Of a stretch of DNA of 64,000 nucleotides, positions 1 to 10,057 are shown in pieces (the first letter of the stretch is position 1; each line of letters starts with the position of its first letter). Made by a program: the position numbers and the translations under genes. The stretch is from an uncultured Bacilli bacterium (GTDB taxonomy: Bacteria > Bacillota_I > Bacilli_A > RF39 > UBA660). The stretch lies in NCBI GenBank assembly GCA_934101795.1, contig CAKORY010000002.1:25200-89199 (forward strand), written 5' to 3'. A model generated the notes under the pieces. It ran no database searches. It was not told the origin of the DNA and saw nothing but the letters and a program-made list of their open reading frames with translations.

Positions 1-41
1 ATAAATAAAATAGAAGTTGAATAAGGAAGGAAGATAAATTT

Positions 42-338
42 ATGAATATGCAACAAATAATGCAACAAGCACAAAGAATGCAAAGAGATATTACTAAGAA
101 AAAAGAAGAAATTGATGCTATGGAATTTACTGGCAAATCAGAATGGGTTGAAATAGTTTTTAACGGAAAAAAAGAAATTAAAGCATTTAAATTATTAAAT
201 GAGGGAACTATTGATGCTGATGATAAAGATATGCTTGAAGATATGATTATGTTAGCAATTAAAGATGCATTTACAAAAATTGATAAAGAAACTGAAAGTA
301 AACTTGGAAGTTATGCATCTATGAGTGGACTTTTCTAA
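42..338 (+). CDS. ybaB: Nucleoid-associated protein YbaB/EbfC
   Basis: 98 aa, Gln-rich N-terminus (MNMQQIMQQAQRMQ) and ~100 aa size typical of YbaB family; lies next to recR as in conserved dnaX-ybaB-recR synteny. Confidence 0.8.
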   Translation: MNMQQIMQQAQRMQRDITKKKEEIDAMEFTGKSEWVEIVFNGKKEIKAFKLLNEGTIDADDKDMLEDMIMLAIKDAFTKIDKETESKLGSYASMSGLF

Positions 339-339
339 A

Positions 340-939
340 ATGATATATCCTGAGTCATTAGAAAAATTAATTAATTATTATAAGAAATTACCTGGTATTG
401 GTGAAAAGAATGCTGAAAGACTTGCTCTTGCAACTTTGAATTTCAAAGAAGAAGATTTAGATAAGTTTTCTGACGCTATTAAAAATATAAAAAAGATTCA
501 CAAATGCAGTATTTGTGGACATTTAACAGAAGATGATATTTGCAATATTTGTGCAGATCCATCACGTGATAAGAATTTAATATGTGTTATTGAAGATTAT
601 AAAAGTGTATTTTCTTTTGAAAAAGCTGGTAATTTTCGAGGAGTTTATCATGTTTTAAATGGACTTATTAGTCCAGCTGATAATATTGGTCCTGATAATA
701 TTAATTTATCTAGTTTAGTTAAAAGGGTTGAAGAATCAAAGAAACCTGAACTAATACTAGCATTAAAATCAACTGTTGAAGGCGAAACAACAACGCTTTA
801 TATAAAGAAAATATTTGAAAAGAAAAATGTGCTTATATCTAGGCTTTCTTATGGAATACCTATGGGTGCTGAGATAGATTATTTAGATATAATTACTTTA
901 GATAAAGCTTTAGAAGATAGAAAAAAAATAAGTGATTAA
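340..939 (+). CDS. recR: Recombination protein RecR
   Basis: C4 zinc finger (CSICGHLTEDDICNICAD) followed by Toprim-like region; start moved to ATG (MIYPESLEK) just after ybaB stop; ORF track start at 325 is GTG inside ybaB stop. Confidence 0.9.
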   Translation: MIYPESLEKLINYYKKLPGIGEKNAERLALATLNFKEEDLDKFSDAIKNIKKIHKCSICGHLTEDDICNICADPSRDKNLICVIEDYKSVFSFEKAGNFRGVYHVLNGLISPADNIGPDNINLSSLVKRVEESKKPELILALKSTVEGETTTLYIKKIFEKKNVLISRLSYGIPMGAEIDYLDIITLDKALEDRKKISD

Positions 940-977
940 AAAATTATTTTTTCATATAGTTTTATTGGGAGAAACTT

Positions 978-1166
978 ATGAAAAAAGTAATATTTATTAT
1001 AGTAAAAAAAATAGTTCTTGCAATATGCTTAGTATATGCTTTTAATTTACTAGCATCTGGGTTAAAAGTGTTTATTCCAATTAATGTTATAACAGTAAGC
1101 GTTGTTGCATCTCTTGGAATGAGTGGACTTTTGGCTTTAGTGGCAATATATTTTGTTTTACTCTAG
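978..1166 (+). CDS. Small hydrophobic membrane protein (BofA-like position after recR)
   Basis: 62 aa, two predicted TM helices; position equivalent to yaaL/bofA in Bacillus; no motif certainty. Confidence 0.3.
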   Translation: MKKVIFIIVKKIVLAICLVYAFNLLASGLKVFIPINVITVSVVASLGMSGLLALVAIYFVLL

Positions 1167-1175
1167 GAGGCAGAA

Positions 1176-2045
1176 GTGGAAGCAAAAGCATTAGAAAAAT
1201 TAGTAAAATATTATCATGAGAATAAATTATCTCATGCTTATTTGCTTGAAACAAATAATTTAGAAAAATGCTTTTTAGAGCTTAAAACAGTTATAAAACA
1301 ATTATTTTGTCAAGATGAATATAGTGAAAAATGTTCTAAATGTAATTTATGTAATTTGGTAGAGCAAAATTATTTGCCATCACTTGTTATAATTGAACCA
1401 GATGGAATGAATATAAAAAAAGAACAAGTACTTGAATTAAAAAAACAATTTAGTATGGTACCAATTTATACAAAAGATAATATTTATGTTATTAAAAATG
1501 CTGAAAAGCTAAATGGAGCTTCGGCAAATACTATGCTTAAGTTTTTGGAAGAACCAGAACCAAATATTATTGGTTTTTTTATAACTGACAATGCAAATAA
1601 TGTTATATCTACGATTAAAAGTAGATGTGAAACTGTAAAAGTTTATTATAATAATCTTGAACTTGATATTAATTCGATTAATAATGATACTTATAAAAAT
1701 TACACAGATGTAGCAATTAATTATTTATTTAAATTAGAAGTAGAAAAAAAAGATGTAATAATGTATAATAAAGATGTAATTTTGTGTAAGTTTAAAGAAA
1801 GAGAAGAAATTAAAACTATTTTTAAAATAATTCTTATTATTTATGAAGAATTACTAAATAAAGTAATGGGATTTGAAAATAAGTTTAGTTTTGATAATTT
1901 GATTAGCTTATGTAAATTAGATTATAAAGATATATTAAAAAGAATAAATTTAGTCATTAAATTTATTGATGATATAGATAGTAATGTTAATATTGAATTG
2001 TTACTTGATAGATTTGTTATAGAATTAGGTGATTATAGTGAATAA
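1176..2045 (+). CDS. holB: DNA polymerase III delta' subunit
   Basis: GTG start 6 nt after GGAGG; AAA+ clamp-loader sensor motif region '...ASANTMLKFLEEPEP' typical of HolB; conserved position before yaaT. Confidence 0.8.
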   Translation: MEAKALEKLVKYYHENKLSHAYLLETNNLEKCFLELKTVIKQLFCQDEYSEKCSKCNLCNLVEQNYLPSLVIIEPDGMNIKKEQVLELKKQFSMVPIYTKDNIYVIKNAEKLNGASANTMLKFLEEPEPNIIGFFITDNANNVISTIKSRCETVKVYYNNLELDINSINNDTYKNYTDVAINYLFKLEVEKKDVIMYNKDVILCKFKEREEIKTIFKIILIIYEELLNKVMGFENKFSFDNLISLCKLDYKDILKRINLVIKFIDDIDSNVNIELLLDRFVIELGDYSE

Positions 2046-2811
2046 AATTTATGGTGTAGTGTTTAATGGTTTAAATAAAAAGTATTATTATGAAAGTGAA
2101 AAAGATTTAGCGCTAGATACACTTGTAATTGTTAATACTGAAAGAGGTCTTCAACTTGTTAAAGTTGTTGAAGTTTTGGATAAAAAATTGGAAGAAAACT
2201 TAGAAAGGATAAAAAGAGTTGCAACTGATGAAGAATATGAAACTTATTTAAATAATTTGAAAGATGCAGATAGAGCTTTAAAAAAGTGTAACGAGTTTGT
2301 ACGTGAACTTGAACTTGATATGAATGTTGTTAATGCTCAATTTAATTTAGATAGAAGTCAGCTTTTATTTAATTTTACAGCCGATGCCAGAGTTGATTTT
2401 AGAGAGCTTGCTAAAAGACTTGCTTCAATATATCATACAAGAATTGAATTAAGACAAATCGGAGCACGTGATAAAGCTAAAGAAATTGGAGGTATTGGTG
2501 TTTGTGGCGGAGAATTATGTTGCCTTAGATTTTTGAAAAAAATTGATACAATAAGCATGAATATGGCAAAAGATCAAAATATTGCATTAAATCCATCAAA
2601 GATAAATGGTGCGTGTGGAAGACTTTTATGTTGTCTTCTTTATGAGGATGAAGCTTATATTGAAGCAGCTAAGAAATTACCTAAAGTTGGTGAAAAAATT
2701 AAAACTAGAAATGGTGAGGCTCAAGTTGTTAGTGTAGATATTATAAATCATCGTGGAAAGATTATGATTAATGGAGAAAAAATAGATTATGATTTTGAAA
2801 GTGAAGAATGA
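2029..2811 (+). CDS. ricT: PSP1-domain protein RicT/YaaT (stage 0 sporulation protein YaaT-like)
   Basis: Cys-rich C-terminal PSP1-type region (GVCGGELCCLRF...GACGRLLCCLLYE), conserved holB-yaaT order. Confidence 0.75.
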   Translation: MIIVNKIYGVVFNGLNKKYYYESEKDLALDTLVIVNTERGLQLVKVVEVLDKKLEENLERIKRVATDEEYETYLNNLKDADRALKKCNEFVRELELDMNVVNAQFNLDRSQLLFNFTADARVDFRELAKRLASIYHTRIELRQIGARDKAKEIGGIGVCGGELCCLRFLKKIDTISMNMAKDQNIALNPSKINGACGRLLCCLLYEDEAYIEAAKKLPKVGEKIKTRNGEAQVVSVDIINHRGKIMINGEKIDYDFESEE

Positions 2812-3511
2812 TTTATTTGATTATCCGAATAGATACATTATGCAAATTAAAGATGGGTTTAAGTTTTCCTTGGACTCACTTTTACTCGCGGAATTTATAA
2901 GTTTACGCCAAAGTGATAAATTAATTTTAGATATGTGTACTGGTAATGCTCCGGTTCCTTTAGTTTTGAGTTTAAAAACAGATGCTAAAATTATTGGCTT
3001 TGAATTACAAAAAGATATAGCAGAACTTGCCTTAGAGTCTATATCTATAAATGGACTTGATAAACAAATAAAAGTAATTAATGATGATGTTAAAAATATT
3101 GATGAATTTTTTAAACCTAATTCATTTGATGTAATAACTTGTAACCCACCTTATTTTAAAGTAAATGATGATAAAAGCAAAAATAAAAATGATTATTTAA
3201 CACTTGCAAGACATGAAATTGCTATAGATTTAGAAACTATTTTTAAGCTTGTTAATAGATTTTTAAAAGATAATGGTAATTTTTATATGGTGCATAGGTC
3301 TGAAAGGCTTGACGAAATTATAATTTTTGCAAATAAATATAGGTTAAATGTTAAAGAAATTCAGTTTATTTCAACTAAAACGAATAATAATCCTAATACT
3401 ATTTTAGTAAAGTGCGTTAAAAATAGTAAGTTGGGTGTTAAAATAAAAAAAGAAATTTGTGTTGATAACATAAGCACTTATCAACATATATTTGAAGGGA
3501 GTAGTAAATAA
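2789..3511 (+). CDS. SAM-dependent N6-adenine methyltransferase (tRNA1(Val) m6A37 TrmN6/YabB-like)
   Basis: NPPY catalytic motif (CNPPYFK), glycine-rich SAM motif (LDMCTGNAPVPL); conserved position after yaaT. Confidence 0.7.
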   Translation: MILKVKNDLFDYPNRYIMQIKDGFKFSLDSLLLAEFISLRQSDKLILDMCTGNAPVPLVLSLKTDAKIIGFELQKDIAELALESISINGLDKQIKVINDDVKNIDEFFKPNSFDVITCNPPYFKVNDDKSKNKNDYLTLARHEIAIDLETIFKLVNRFLKDNGNFYMVHRSERLDEIIIFANKYRLNVKEIQFISTKTNNNPNTILVKCVKNSKLGVKIKKEICVDNISTYQHIFEGSSK

Positions 3512-4062
3512 TGAAACTTATTGTTGGACTTGGAAATCCTGGTAAAGAATATGAAAATACTAGACATAATGTTGGTTTTATGATTTTAGATGATTATTTA
3601 GGAAATGTTAAATGGTCAAATAAATTTAATGCTTTATATTATGAATGCTTTATTAGTATTGAAAAAGTAATATTTGTAAAACCCTTAACTTATATGAATA
3701 ATTCTGGTAATGCAGTTGGAGAATTTGTTAGATATTATAATATTGAGGTAAAAGACATTTTAATTATTCAGGACGATTTAGATGAAGAAATAGGTTTATA
3801 TAAACTAAAATTAAATTCATCTAGTGGTGGTCATAATGGTATTAAATCAATTATTAGTTCTCTTGGAACTCAAAGTTTTCCTAGATTAAAGGTAGGAATT
3901 GGAAGTGTTAAAAAAGATGAAGTTATAGATTATGTACTTGGAAAATTTAGTAAAAGGGAAATGGAAATATTAAATAATGAATTTAGCACTTTTAGAAAAA
4001 TAATTGAATCTTTTGTAAATGTAGGAATAGATAAAACAATGAATGTTTATAATACTAAATAA
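3511..4062 (+). CDS. pth: Peptidyl-tRNA hydrolase
   Basis: N-terminus MKLIVGLGNPGKEYENTRHNVGF is the canonical Pth signature; 183 aa. Confidence 0.92.
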   Translation: MKLIVGLGNPGKEYENTRHNVGFMILDDYLGNVKWSNKFNALYYECFISIEKVIFVKPLTYMNNSGNAVGEFVRYYNIEVKDILIIQDDLDEEIGLYKLKLNSSSGGHNGIKSIISSLGTQSFPRLKVGIGSVKKDEVIDYVLGKFSKREMEILNNEFSTFRKIIESFVNVGIDKTMNVYNTK

Positions 4063-4071
4063 AGAGGAAAT

Positions 4072-7000
4072 ATGAAGTTTTTAGATGATTATTTTAATTA
4101 TGAAATTGGAACGGAAATATCTGGTTTAACTAATGAGTTAAACGTTTTTTACATTGATAAATTAGGTGAAAAGTTTGATAGAAATATAATTGTTCTTACA
4201 AGTTCTTTGTTTGAAGCTAATAAAATATATGATAATTTAGTTAAAATGCATGATAATACTTTACTTTTTCCAATGGATGATTTTTTGTCATCTATGTTGG
4301 TGGCAAGTAGTCCCGAACTTAAGTATAAAAGACTTGAAACTTTAGATAAATTAAAAAGTGGTAATAAATATATTATAGTTACAAATTTAATGGGGTATTT
4401 AAAATATTTACCTAGTGCAAGTATTAAAAATTTTATTGATATTAAGAAAAATGATATTATTAAACGTGATGATTTAGTTAAAGAAATGGATGACTTAGGT
4501 TATCATCGTGAGTCTTTAGTAACAATGTCCGGAGAGTATGCTGTTCGTGGATTTATTTTAGACTTGTATCCGATTGATTATGATCATCCGATTAGAATTG
4601 AATTTGATGGTAATGTAATTGATAATATAAAATATTTTGATGAAAATACACAGATGTCAAATAATGATATTCATGATATTAAAATTAAGGCTATTGATGA
4701 AATTGTATCAAGTGATAAAAATTCGTTATTTGATTATGCAAATAATCCTTTGGTAGTTTATGTGGATAAATCTCAGATTGAAGCTTCATATTCTAAGTTA
4801 CTTGATGATATATCGGAATATAAAGAGTCAAATGAAATAACAAATGATTTAATGTATTCTTTAAATGATATTCATGATACTGATAGAATATATGTTAATT
4901 TATTTGCTAGTGAAGGTTTAAATTTGAACGCTCAAAGTATTATAAATTATAAGGAAAATTTTGAAAAATTATCTGCGGATTATGATGCTTGGATTAAAGC
5001 TGGAAAAATAGTATATTTTTATTTAAGTAAAGTAGAAGAAAAGAAAAAGTTACTTAAGATTATACCTAGTGCTCATATTGTAATGAAAGAATTATCTCAT
5101 GGTTTTATACTGGATAAGTATGTAGTTATTTCTGAAAATGATATTGAAGATGTAAAAGTAAGTAATGGAGTTTATAAAAATAATTTTCATGTTGGTAAAA
5201 GAATAAAGGATTTTAATCAACTCGAAAAAGGAGATTATGTTGTTCATATTTCTCATGGTATTGGTATTTATCAGGGAATTACCACGCTTTCTGTTCGCGG
5301 TGTTCAAAAAGATTTTTTAACAATATTTTATGAAGGATCTGATAAGATTTATGTGCCTGTTGAAAAAATAAATTTAATATATAAATATACTGGTAAAGAT
5401 GGAATAAAACCTAAACTTAATAAACTTGGAAGTACAAACTGGGAAAAAACTAAAAAATATATTTCTGAAAAAGTTAAAGATATTTCTAGAGAACTTATTA
5501 TTCTTTATAAAAAAAGATTAGAACTTAAGAAAAAACCTTATAAGGATTATCCTGAAGAAGATGTGTTTGCTAGTGAGTTTAAGTATGACCTTACGGTGGA
5601 TCAAGCTAAAGCAGTCGTAGAAATTAATAATGACTTGAAAAAAACTAATCCGATGGATAGGTTACTTTGTGGTGATGTAGGTTTTGGTAAAACTGAAGTT
5701 GCTATGAGAGCTATGTTTAAGGCTGTTTTAAATAATGAACAAGTACTTTATTTGTGTCCAACTACTATTCTTTCAAAACAACAATATAATGTTGCAAAAG
5801 AAAGATTTAAAAATTGGCCAATAGAAATAGCCCTTTTAAATAGACATGTAAGTGTTAAGAAAGCTAAAGAAATACTGGAAGATTTAAAGAATGGCAAAAT
5901 TGATATATTGTTTGGTACTCATAGGATACTTAGTGATGATATTGTTTGTAAAAATTTAGGCATGTTGGTAGTTGATGAAGAACAAAGATTTGGTGTTACT
6001 CATAAAGAAAAAATTAAAACCATGAAAAGTGATGTTAATGTTTTAACGCTTAGTGCCACTCCGATACCTAGAACATTAAAGATGGCTATGTCTGGTCTTA
6101 GAGATTTATCAGTTATCGATACACCACCAGTTAATAGATATCCAGTTCAGACTTATGTAGCAGTTGAAGATGATTTTTTAATTAAAGATGCTATTTATAA
6201 GGAATTAGCTAGAAAAGGACAAATATTTATTCTTTATAATAGAGTGGAAACAATTGAAAAATATATGAAACATATAAAAGATTTGATTCCAGATGCTAGA
6301 ATAAATTTTGCACATGGTAAAATGGAAAAAGATGAGCTTGATAGCATAATGACATCATTTATAAATAATGAATTTGATATTTTAATTTGTACAACAATAA
6401 TTGAAAGTGGAATTGATATTCCAAATGTTAATACTTTAATAATTCATGATGCAGATAATTTTGGCCTAAGTCAGCTTTATCAAATTCGTGGTCGTGTGGG
6501 TCGTAGTGATAAGGTTGCTTATGCTTATTTAATGTATGAAAAAAATAAAATGCTAAATGATATTGCTATTAAAAGGCTCAATACTATTAAGGAATTTACA
6601 GAACTTGGTAGTGGATATAGAATTGCTATGAGAGATTTAAGTTTACGGGGTGCAGGTGATGTATTTGGGGCTTCTCAGGCTGGTTTTGTGGATAGTGTTG
6701 GTATTTCCCTTTATATGAAAATGATTGAAGATGAAATTAAACGTCAACGCGGAGAGAAAGTGGAAGATGAAGATACTGAAACTCAAGCTTTAATTAATGT
6801 AAATACCCATATTAGTGATACATATGTAACTGATGAAGATATTAAAATTGAAATACATCAAAAGATTAATGAAATTGATTCTTATGAAAAATTATTAGAA
6901 ATAAAAGGTGAACTTGAAGATAGATTTGGTAAAGTTACTCAAGATATGCTAGTTTATATGTATGAAGAATGGTTTGAAAAACTTGCTAAAAAATATAATA

Positions 7001-7221
7001 TAAAACAAGTAGTCCAAACGGATAGAAGCATTGAAATAACCTTACCTGAGGATGTATCAAGTAATATTAAAGGTGATAAGCTTTTAATTGAAGCAATGAA
7101 CTTATCAAGAAGCTTTAATATAAAGTATGTTAATAAAAAAATTAGTATTTTACTTTATACTAAAGATTTACCTAAACACTTTATATTTTATATAGTAACT
7201 TTACTTGAAAAGATACTTTAA
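4072..7221 (+). CDS. mfd: Transcription-repair coupling factor Mfd
   Basis: 1049 aa; UvrB-homology N-term, CarD/RNAP-interacting domain, SF2 helicase motifs (GDVGFGKTEVA, DEEQRFGV, QLYQIRGRVGRS), conserved pth-mfd-spoVT order. Confidence 0.95.
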   Translation: MKFLDDYFNYEIGTEISGLTNELNVFYIDKLGEKFDRNIIVLTSSLFEANKIYDNLVKMHDNTLLFPMDDFLSSMLVASSPELKYKRLETLDKLKSGNKYIIVTNLMGYLKYLPSASIKNFIDIKKNDIIKRDDLVKEMDDLGYHRESLVTMSGEYAVRGFILDLYPIDYDHPIRIEFDGNVIDNIKYFDENTQMSNNDIHDIKIKAIDEIVSSDKNSLFDYANNPLVVYVDKSQIEASYSKLLDDISEYKESNEITNDLMYSLNDIHDTDRIYVNLFASEGLNLNAQSIINYKENFEKLSADYDAWIKAGKIVYFYLSKVEEKKKLLKIIPSAHIVMKELSHGFILDKYVVISENDIEDVKVSNGVYKNNFHVGKRIKDFNQLEKGDYVVHISHGIGIYQGITTLSVRGVQKDFLTIFYEGSDKIYVPVEKINLIYKYTGKDGIKPKLNKLGSTNWEKTKKYISEKVKDISRELIILYKKRLELKKKPYKDYPEEDVFASEFKYDLTVDQAKAVVEINNDLKKTNPMDRLLCGDVGFGKTEVAMRAMFKAVLNNEQVLYLCPTTILSKQQYNVAKERFKNWPIEIALLNRHVSVKKAKEILEDLKNGKIDILFGTHRILSDDIVCKNLGMLVVDEEQRFGVTHKEKIKTMKSDVNVLTLSATPIPRTLKMAMSGLRDLSVIDTPPVNRYPVQTYVAVEDDFLIKDAIYKELARKGQIFILYNRVETIEKYMKHIKDLIPDARINFAHGKMEKDELDSIMTSFINNEFDILICTTIIESGIDIPNVNTLIIHDADNFGLSQLYQIRGRVGRSDKVAYAYLMYEKNKMLNDIAIKRLNTIKEFTELGSGYRIAMRDLSLRGAGDVFGASQAGFVDSVGISLYMKMIEDEIKRQRGEKVEDEDTETQALINVNTHISDTYVTDEDIKIEIHQKINEIDSYEKLLEIKGELEDRFGKVTQDMLVYMYEEWFEKLAKKYNIKQVVQTDRSIEITLPEDVSSNIKGDKLLIEAMNLSRSFNIKYVNKKISILLYTKDLPKHFIFYIVTLLEKIL

Positions 7222-7240
7222 TACATAAAAATTTTAATTT

Positions 7241-7278
7241 GCTCCACAATAAGTAATGAAGTGGAGTGAATTTTTTTG
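7241..7278 (+). terminator. Rho-independent terminator after mfd (stem gctccac/gtggag + T7), overlapping spoVT RBS/start
   Basis: hairpin gctccacaataagtaatgaagtggag followed by ttttttt; the TTG start of spoVT is the end of the T-tract. Confidence 0.5.
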
Positions 7279-7788
7279 AAACAAACTGGTGTAACAAGAA
7301 AAATAGATGAACTTGGAAGAATAGTTATTCCAAAGGAAATTAGAAAGAACTTAGGTATTAGAGATGGTGAAGCTCTAGAGATATTTACTAGTGAAGATAG
7401 CATTATATTAAAAAAATATTTTGAGGTAAGAAGGTATGAAGATTTAAGTAGTAAATTATGTGAACTTATTAAAAATATTTATAATGTTGATTTAGTAATT
7501 ACAGATAGAGAAAAGGTTATTACTTCTTCGAATAAGGATATTGTGGAAAACTCTAAACTTAATAACAAATTTTTGGAACTTATTGATAACAGAGAAATGT
7601 TTATAACTAAAGAGTTATCAACAATAAATTTAGGTGTTGATATAAGTGGATATTTTACTTTGATACCCATTATTGCATCAAGTGATTCTTTGGGGCTTGT
7701 TATTATTATAAGTGATAAAATAAATGATTATAGTTCTTTGGGAAAATTACTTGCAAAAATTATTGCTGATAAAATTGATATATTTTAA
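7276..7788 (+). CDS. spoVT: Stage V sporulation protein T (AbrB-type N-domain + GAF-like C-domain)
   Basis: TTG start; N-terminus KQTGVTRKIDELGRIVIPKEIRKNLGIRDGEALEIF matches the SpoVT/AbrB swapped-hairpin domain; 170 aa; directly downstream of mfd as in Bacillus. Confidence 0.8.
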   Translation: MKQTGVTRKIDELGRIVIPKEIRKNLGIRDGEALEIFTSEDSIILKKYFEVRRYEDLSSKLCELIKNIYNVDLVITDREKVITSSNKDIVENSKLNNKFLELIDNREMFITKELSTINLGVDISGYFTLIPIIASSDSLGLVIIISDKINDYSSLGKLLAKIIADKIDIF

Positions 7789-7789
7789 C

Positions 7790-8034
7790 TTGAATTAAAC
7801 TAAGATTTATGATAAACTAGTTTTAATTAACGAAGAAGGAAAGAGTAGATATCATTCGTTTCATAGAGATTTTTTGGTTGGTGGAAAAGAAAAGATGAAG
7901 ATATTCGAACATGGCTCTGGAGTTAAAAGCGGGTAATTACGTTATAAATTTTAAGTTGCATGATAAATCATGAATTAAGGTGGTACCGCGGGTTATACTC
8001 GTCCTTAGTTTGTGGTTTTTTTATTGGAGGAAAT
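7790..8034 (+). promoter_or_regulatory. T-box riboswitch-like leader (candidate Met specifier) upstream of dut-metG
   Basis: near-consensus T-box sequence aattaaGGTGGTACCGCGGg at ~7972-7991 (consensus AATTAGGGTGGNACCGCGG), followed by T-run; AUGA candidates in the upstream region. Confidence 0.55.
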
Positions 8035-8532
8035 ATGAGAAAGTTTGAAAAAATAAGTTATCCTGAATTTGTTAAAGTTTTTGGAGATAATAAGACTTTA
8101 TATGATGATTATATGCTCCCTTTAAGAGGGACAAAATGTAGTGCAGGTTATGATTTTTTTGCCATAAAAGATTATGTTATTAAACCAAATGAGATTGTTA
8201 AGATACCAACTGGTTATAAGGCTACTTTTGAAAGTGATGAAATGCTTATGATCGTGGTAAGAAGTAGCATGGGTTTTAAATACAATATAAGACTTACTAA
8301 TCAAGTGGGAATTATTGAAAGTGATTACTATAATAATTCAGATAATGAAGGCCACATGTGGGTATGTTTACAAAATCATGGTGATAAGGAATATATAATA
8401 AATAAGGGAGATGCTTATGCCCAAGGGATTTTTGTTAAGTTTTTGATAACTGATGATGATAAAGCTGATACAATTAGAACTGGTGGTATAGGTAGTACAA
8501 ATAAAAAGAAAGAAGGAAATGAAAATGAATAA
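8035..8532 (+). CDS. dut: dUTP diphosphatase (trimeric dUTPase family)
   Basis: dUTPase motifs SAGYDFFA, GIIESDYY, RTGGIGSTN; start placed at ATG 8 nt after GGAGG (ORF track start 7960 lies inside the leader). Confidence 0.75.
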   Translation: MRKFEKISYPEFVKVFGDNKTLYDDYMLPLRGTKCSAGYDFFAIKDYVIKPNEIVKIPTGYKATFESDEMLMIVVRSSMGFKYNIRLTNQVGIIESDYYNNSDNEGHMWVCLQNHGDKEYIINKGDAYAQGIFVKFLITDDDKADTIRTGGIGSTNKKKEGNENE

Positions 8533-10057
8533 AAAATATTACATAACAACACCAATATATTATCCAAGTGCGAATTTTCATATTGGTCATTGTTATACAA
8601 CTATAATAGCTGATGCTATTGCAAGATATAAAAGATTAAATGGATATGATGTGTTTTTCCAAACTGGAACAGATGAACATGGTGCAAAAATTGAACAAAA
8701 AGCAAAGGAAGCTGGTGTTACTCCGAAAGAATATGTTGATGAAATAATATTAAATGCAAAAGATTTATGGAAAAGCTTAAATATTTCATATGATTATTTT
8801 ATTAGAACAACTGATGAACATCACGTAAAAGCAGTACAAAAAATATTTAAAAAATTGTATGATAAAGGTGATATTTACAAGGGCTCTTATGAAGGATTGT
8901 ATTGTGTTCCATGTGAGTCTTTTTGGACTGAAACTCAACTTGTAGATGGTAAATGTCCAGATTGTGGAAGAGATGTTAAAACTGTTACTGAAGAAGCATA
9001 CTTTTTTAAGTTATCTAAGTATCAAGATGCCTTAATCAAATTATATGATGAAAATCCTGAATTTATTTTACCTGTTTCAAGAAAGAATGAACTTGTAAAT
9101 AACTTTATTAAACCAGGACTTGAAGATTTATGTGTTTCAAGAACTTCAGTTAAATGGGGAATTCCTGTAGATTTTGATCCAAAGCATGTAATTTATGTAT
9201 GGATTGATGCTTTATCAAACTATATTACATCTTTAGGTTATCCAGATGAAAATGCTCCATTATTTAAAAAATATTGGCCTGCTGATTTACACTTAGTTGG
9301 TAAGGAAATAACAAGATTTCATGCTATTATTTGGCCAGCACTTCTTATGGCTTTAGATTTACCACTTCCAAAGCAAGTATTTGGTCATGGATGGCTTGTT
9401 ATAAATGGTGGTAAGATTTCTAAGTCACTTGGAAATTATAAAGATCCTAGAGAATATATTGATGCTTATGGTGTTGATGCAGTTAGATATTTTGCTTTAA
9501 GGGAAGTATCTTTTGGAAGTGATGGTGCTTTTTCTGAAGAAGCTTTAATTAATAGAACAAATGCAGATTTGGTAAATAACTTAGGTAATTTAGTTAATAG
9601 AACAATAAGTATGAGTCATAAATATTTTGATGGTGTGGTAGAAAATCCAAGAGTAAATGAAGAAATTGATAATGATTTAATTAGTGCTGTTACAAGTTTA
9701 AAAGCAAAAGTTGATGAAAAAATGGATGGTTTAAAGGTTAATGAAGCTTTAGAAGAAATATTTGAAGTTTTAAAAAGATGTAATAAATATATTGATGAAA
9801 CAACTCCATGGATACTTGCTAAAGATGAAACTAAACAAGATAGATTAAAAACTGTTTTATATAATATTTTAGAAAGTATCAGAGTATGTGCAATACTTCT
9901 TGAACCATTTATCAATATAACAAGTGAAAAAATATTAAATGAAATTAATACTAATGAAAGAAATATTGAAAGTATAAGTAAGTTTGGTAATTTAGAATGT
10001 GGAATTACATTAAATAAACCAGAAATTTTATTTAATAGGATTGAAATAAATGAATAA
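8519..10057 (+). CDS. metG: Methionyl-tRNA synthetase (short form lacking C-terminal tRNA-binding domain)
   Basis: HIGH motif (NFHIGHCYT), Zn knuckle CVPCE...CPDCG, KMSKS motif (KISKSLGN); 512 aa. Confidence 0.95.
   Translation: MKMNKKYYITTPIYYPSANFHIGHCYTTIIADAIARYKRLNGYDVFFQTGTDEHGAKIEQKAKEAGVTPKEYVDEIILNAKDLWKSLNISYDYFIRTTDEHHVKAVQKIFKKLYDKGDIYKGSYEGLYCVPCESFWTETQLVDGKCPDCGRDVKTVTEEAYFFKLSKYQDALIKLYDENPEFILPVSRKNELVNNFIKPGLEDLCVSRTSVKWGIPVDFDPKHVIYVWIDALSNYITSLGYPDENAPLFKKYWPADLHLVGKEITRFHAIIWPALLMALDLPLPKQVFGHGWLVINGGKISKSLGNYKDPREYIDAYGVDAVRYFALREVSFGSDGAFSEEALINRTNADLVNNLGNLVNRTISMSHKYFDGVVENPRVNEEIDNDLISAVTSLKAKVDEKMDGLKVNEALEEIFEVLKRCNKYIDETTPWILAKDETKQDRLKTVLYNILESIRVCAILLEPFINITSEKILNEINTNERNIESISKFGNLECGITLNKPEILFNRIEINE

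Noticed and set aside
5092-5307. 71-aa antisense ORF inside mfd
   Set aside because: Low-complexity N/I/F-rich translation fully embedded in a strongly supported gene; typical AT-rich spurious ORF.
7960-8034. ORF-track start of dut at 7960 (MINHELRWYRG...)
   Set aside because: These codons cover the T-box motif and terminator U-run. A GGAGG RBS precedes the ATG at 8035, which matches dUTPase N-termini.
9616-9915. 99-aa antisense ORF inside metG
   Set aside because: Embedded opposite a canonical aaRS gene, Ser/Leu-rich composition, no RBS.
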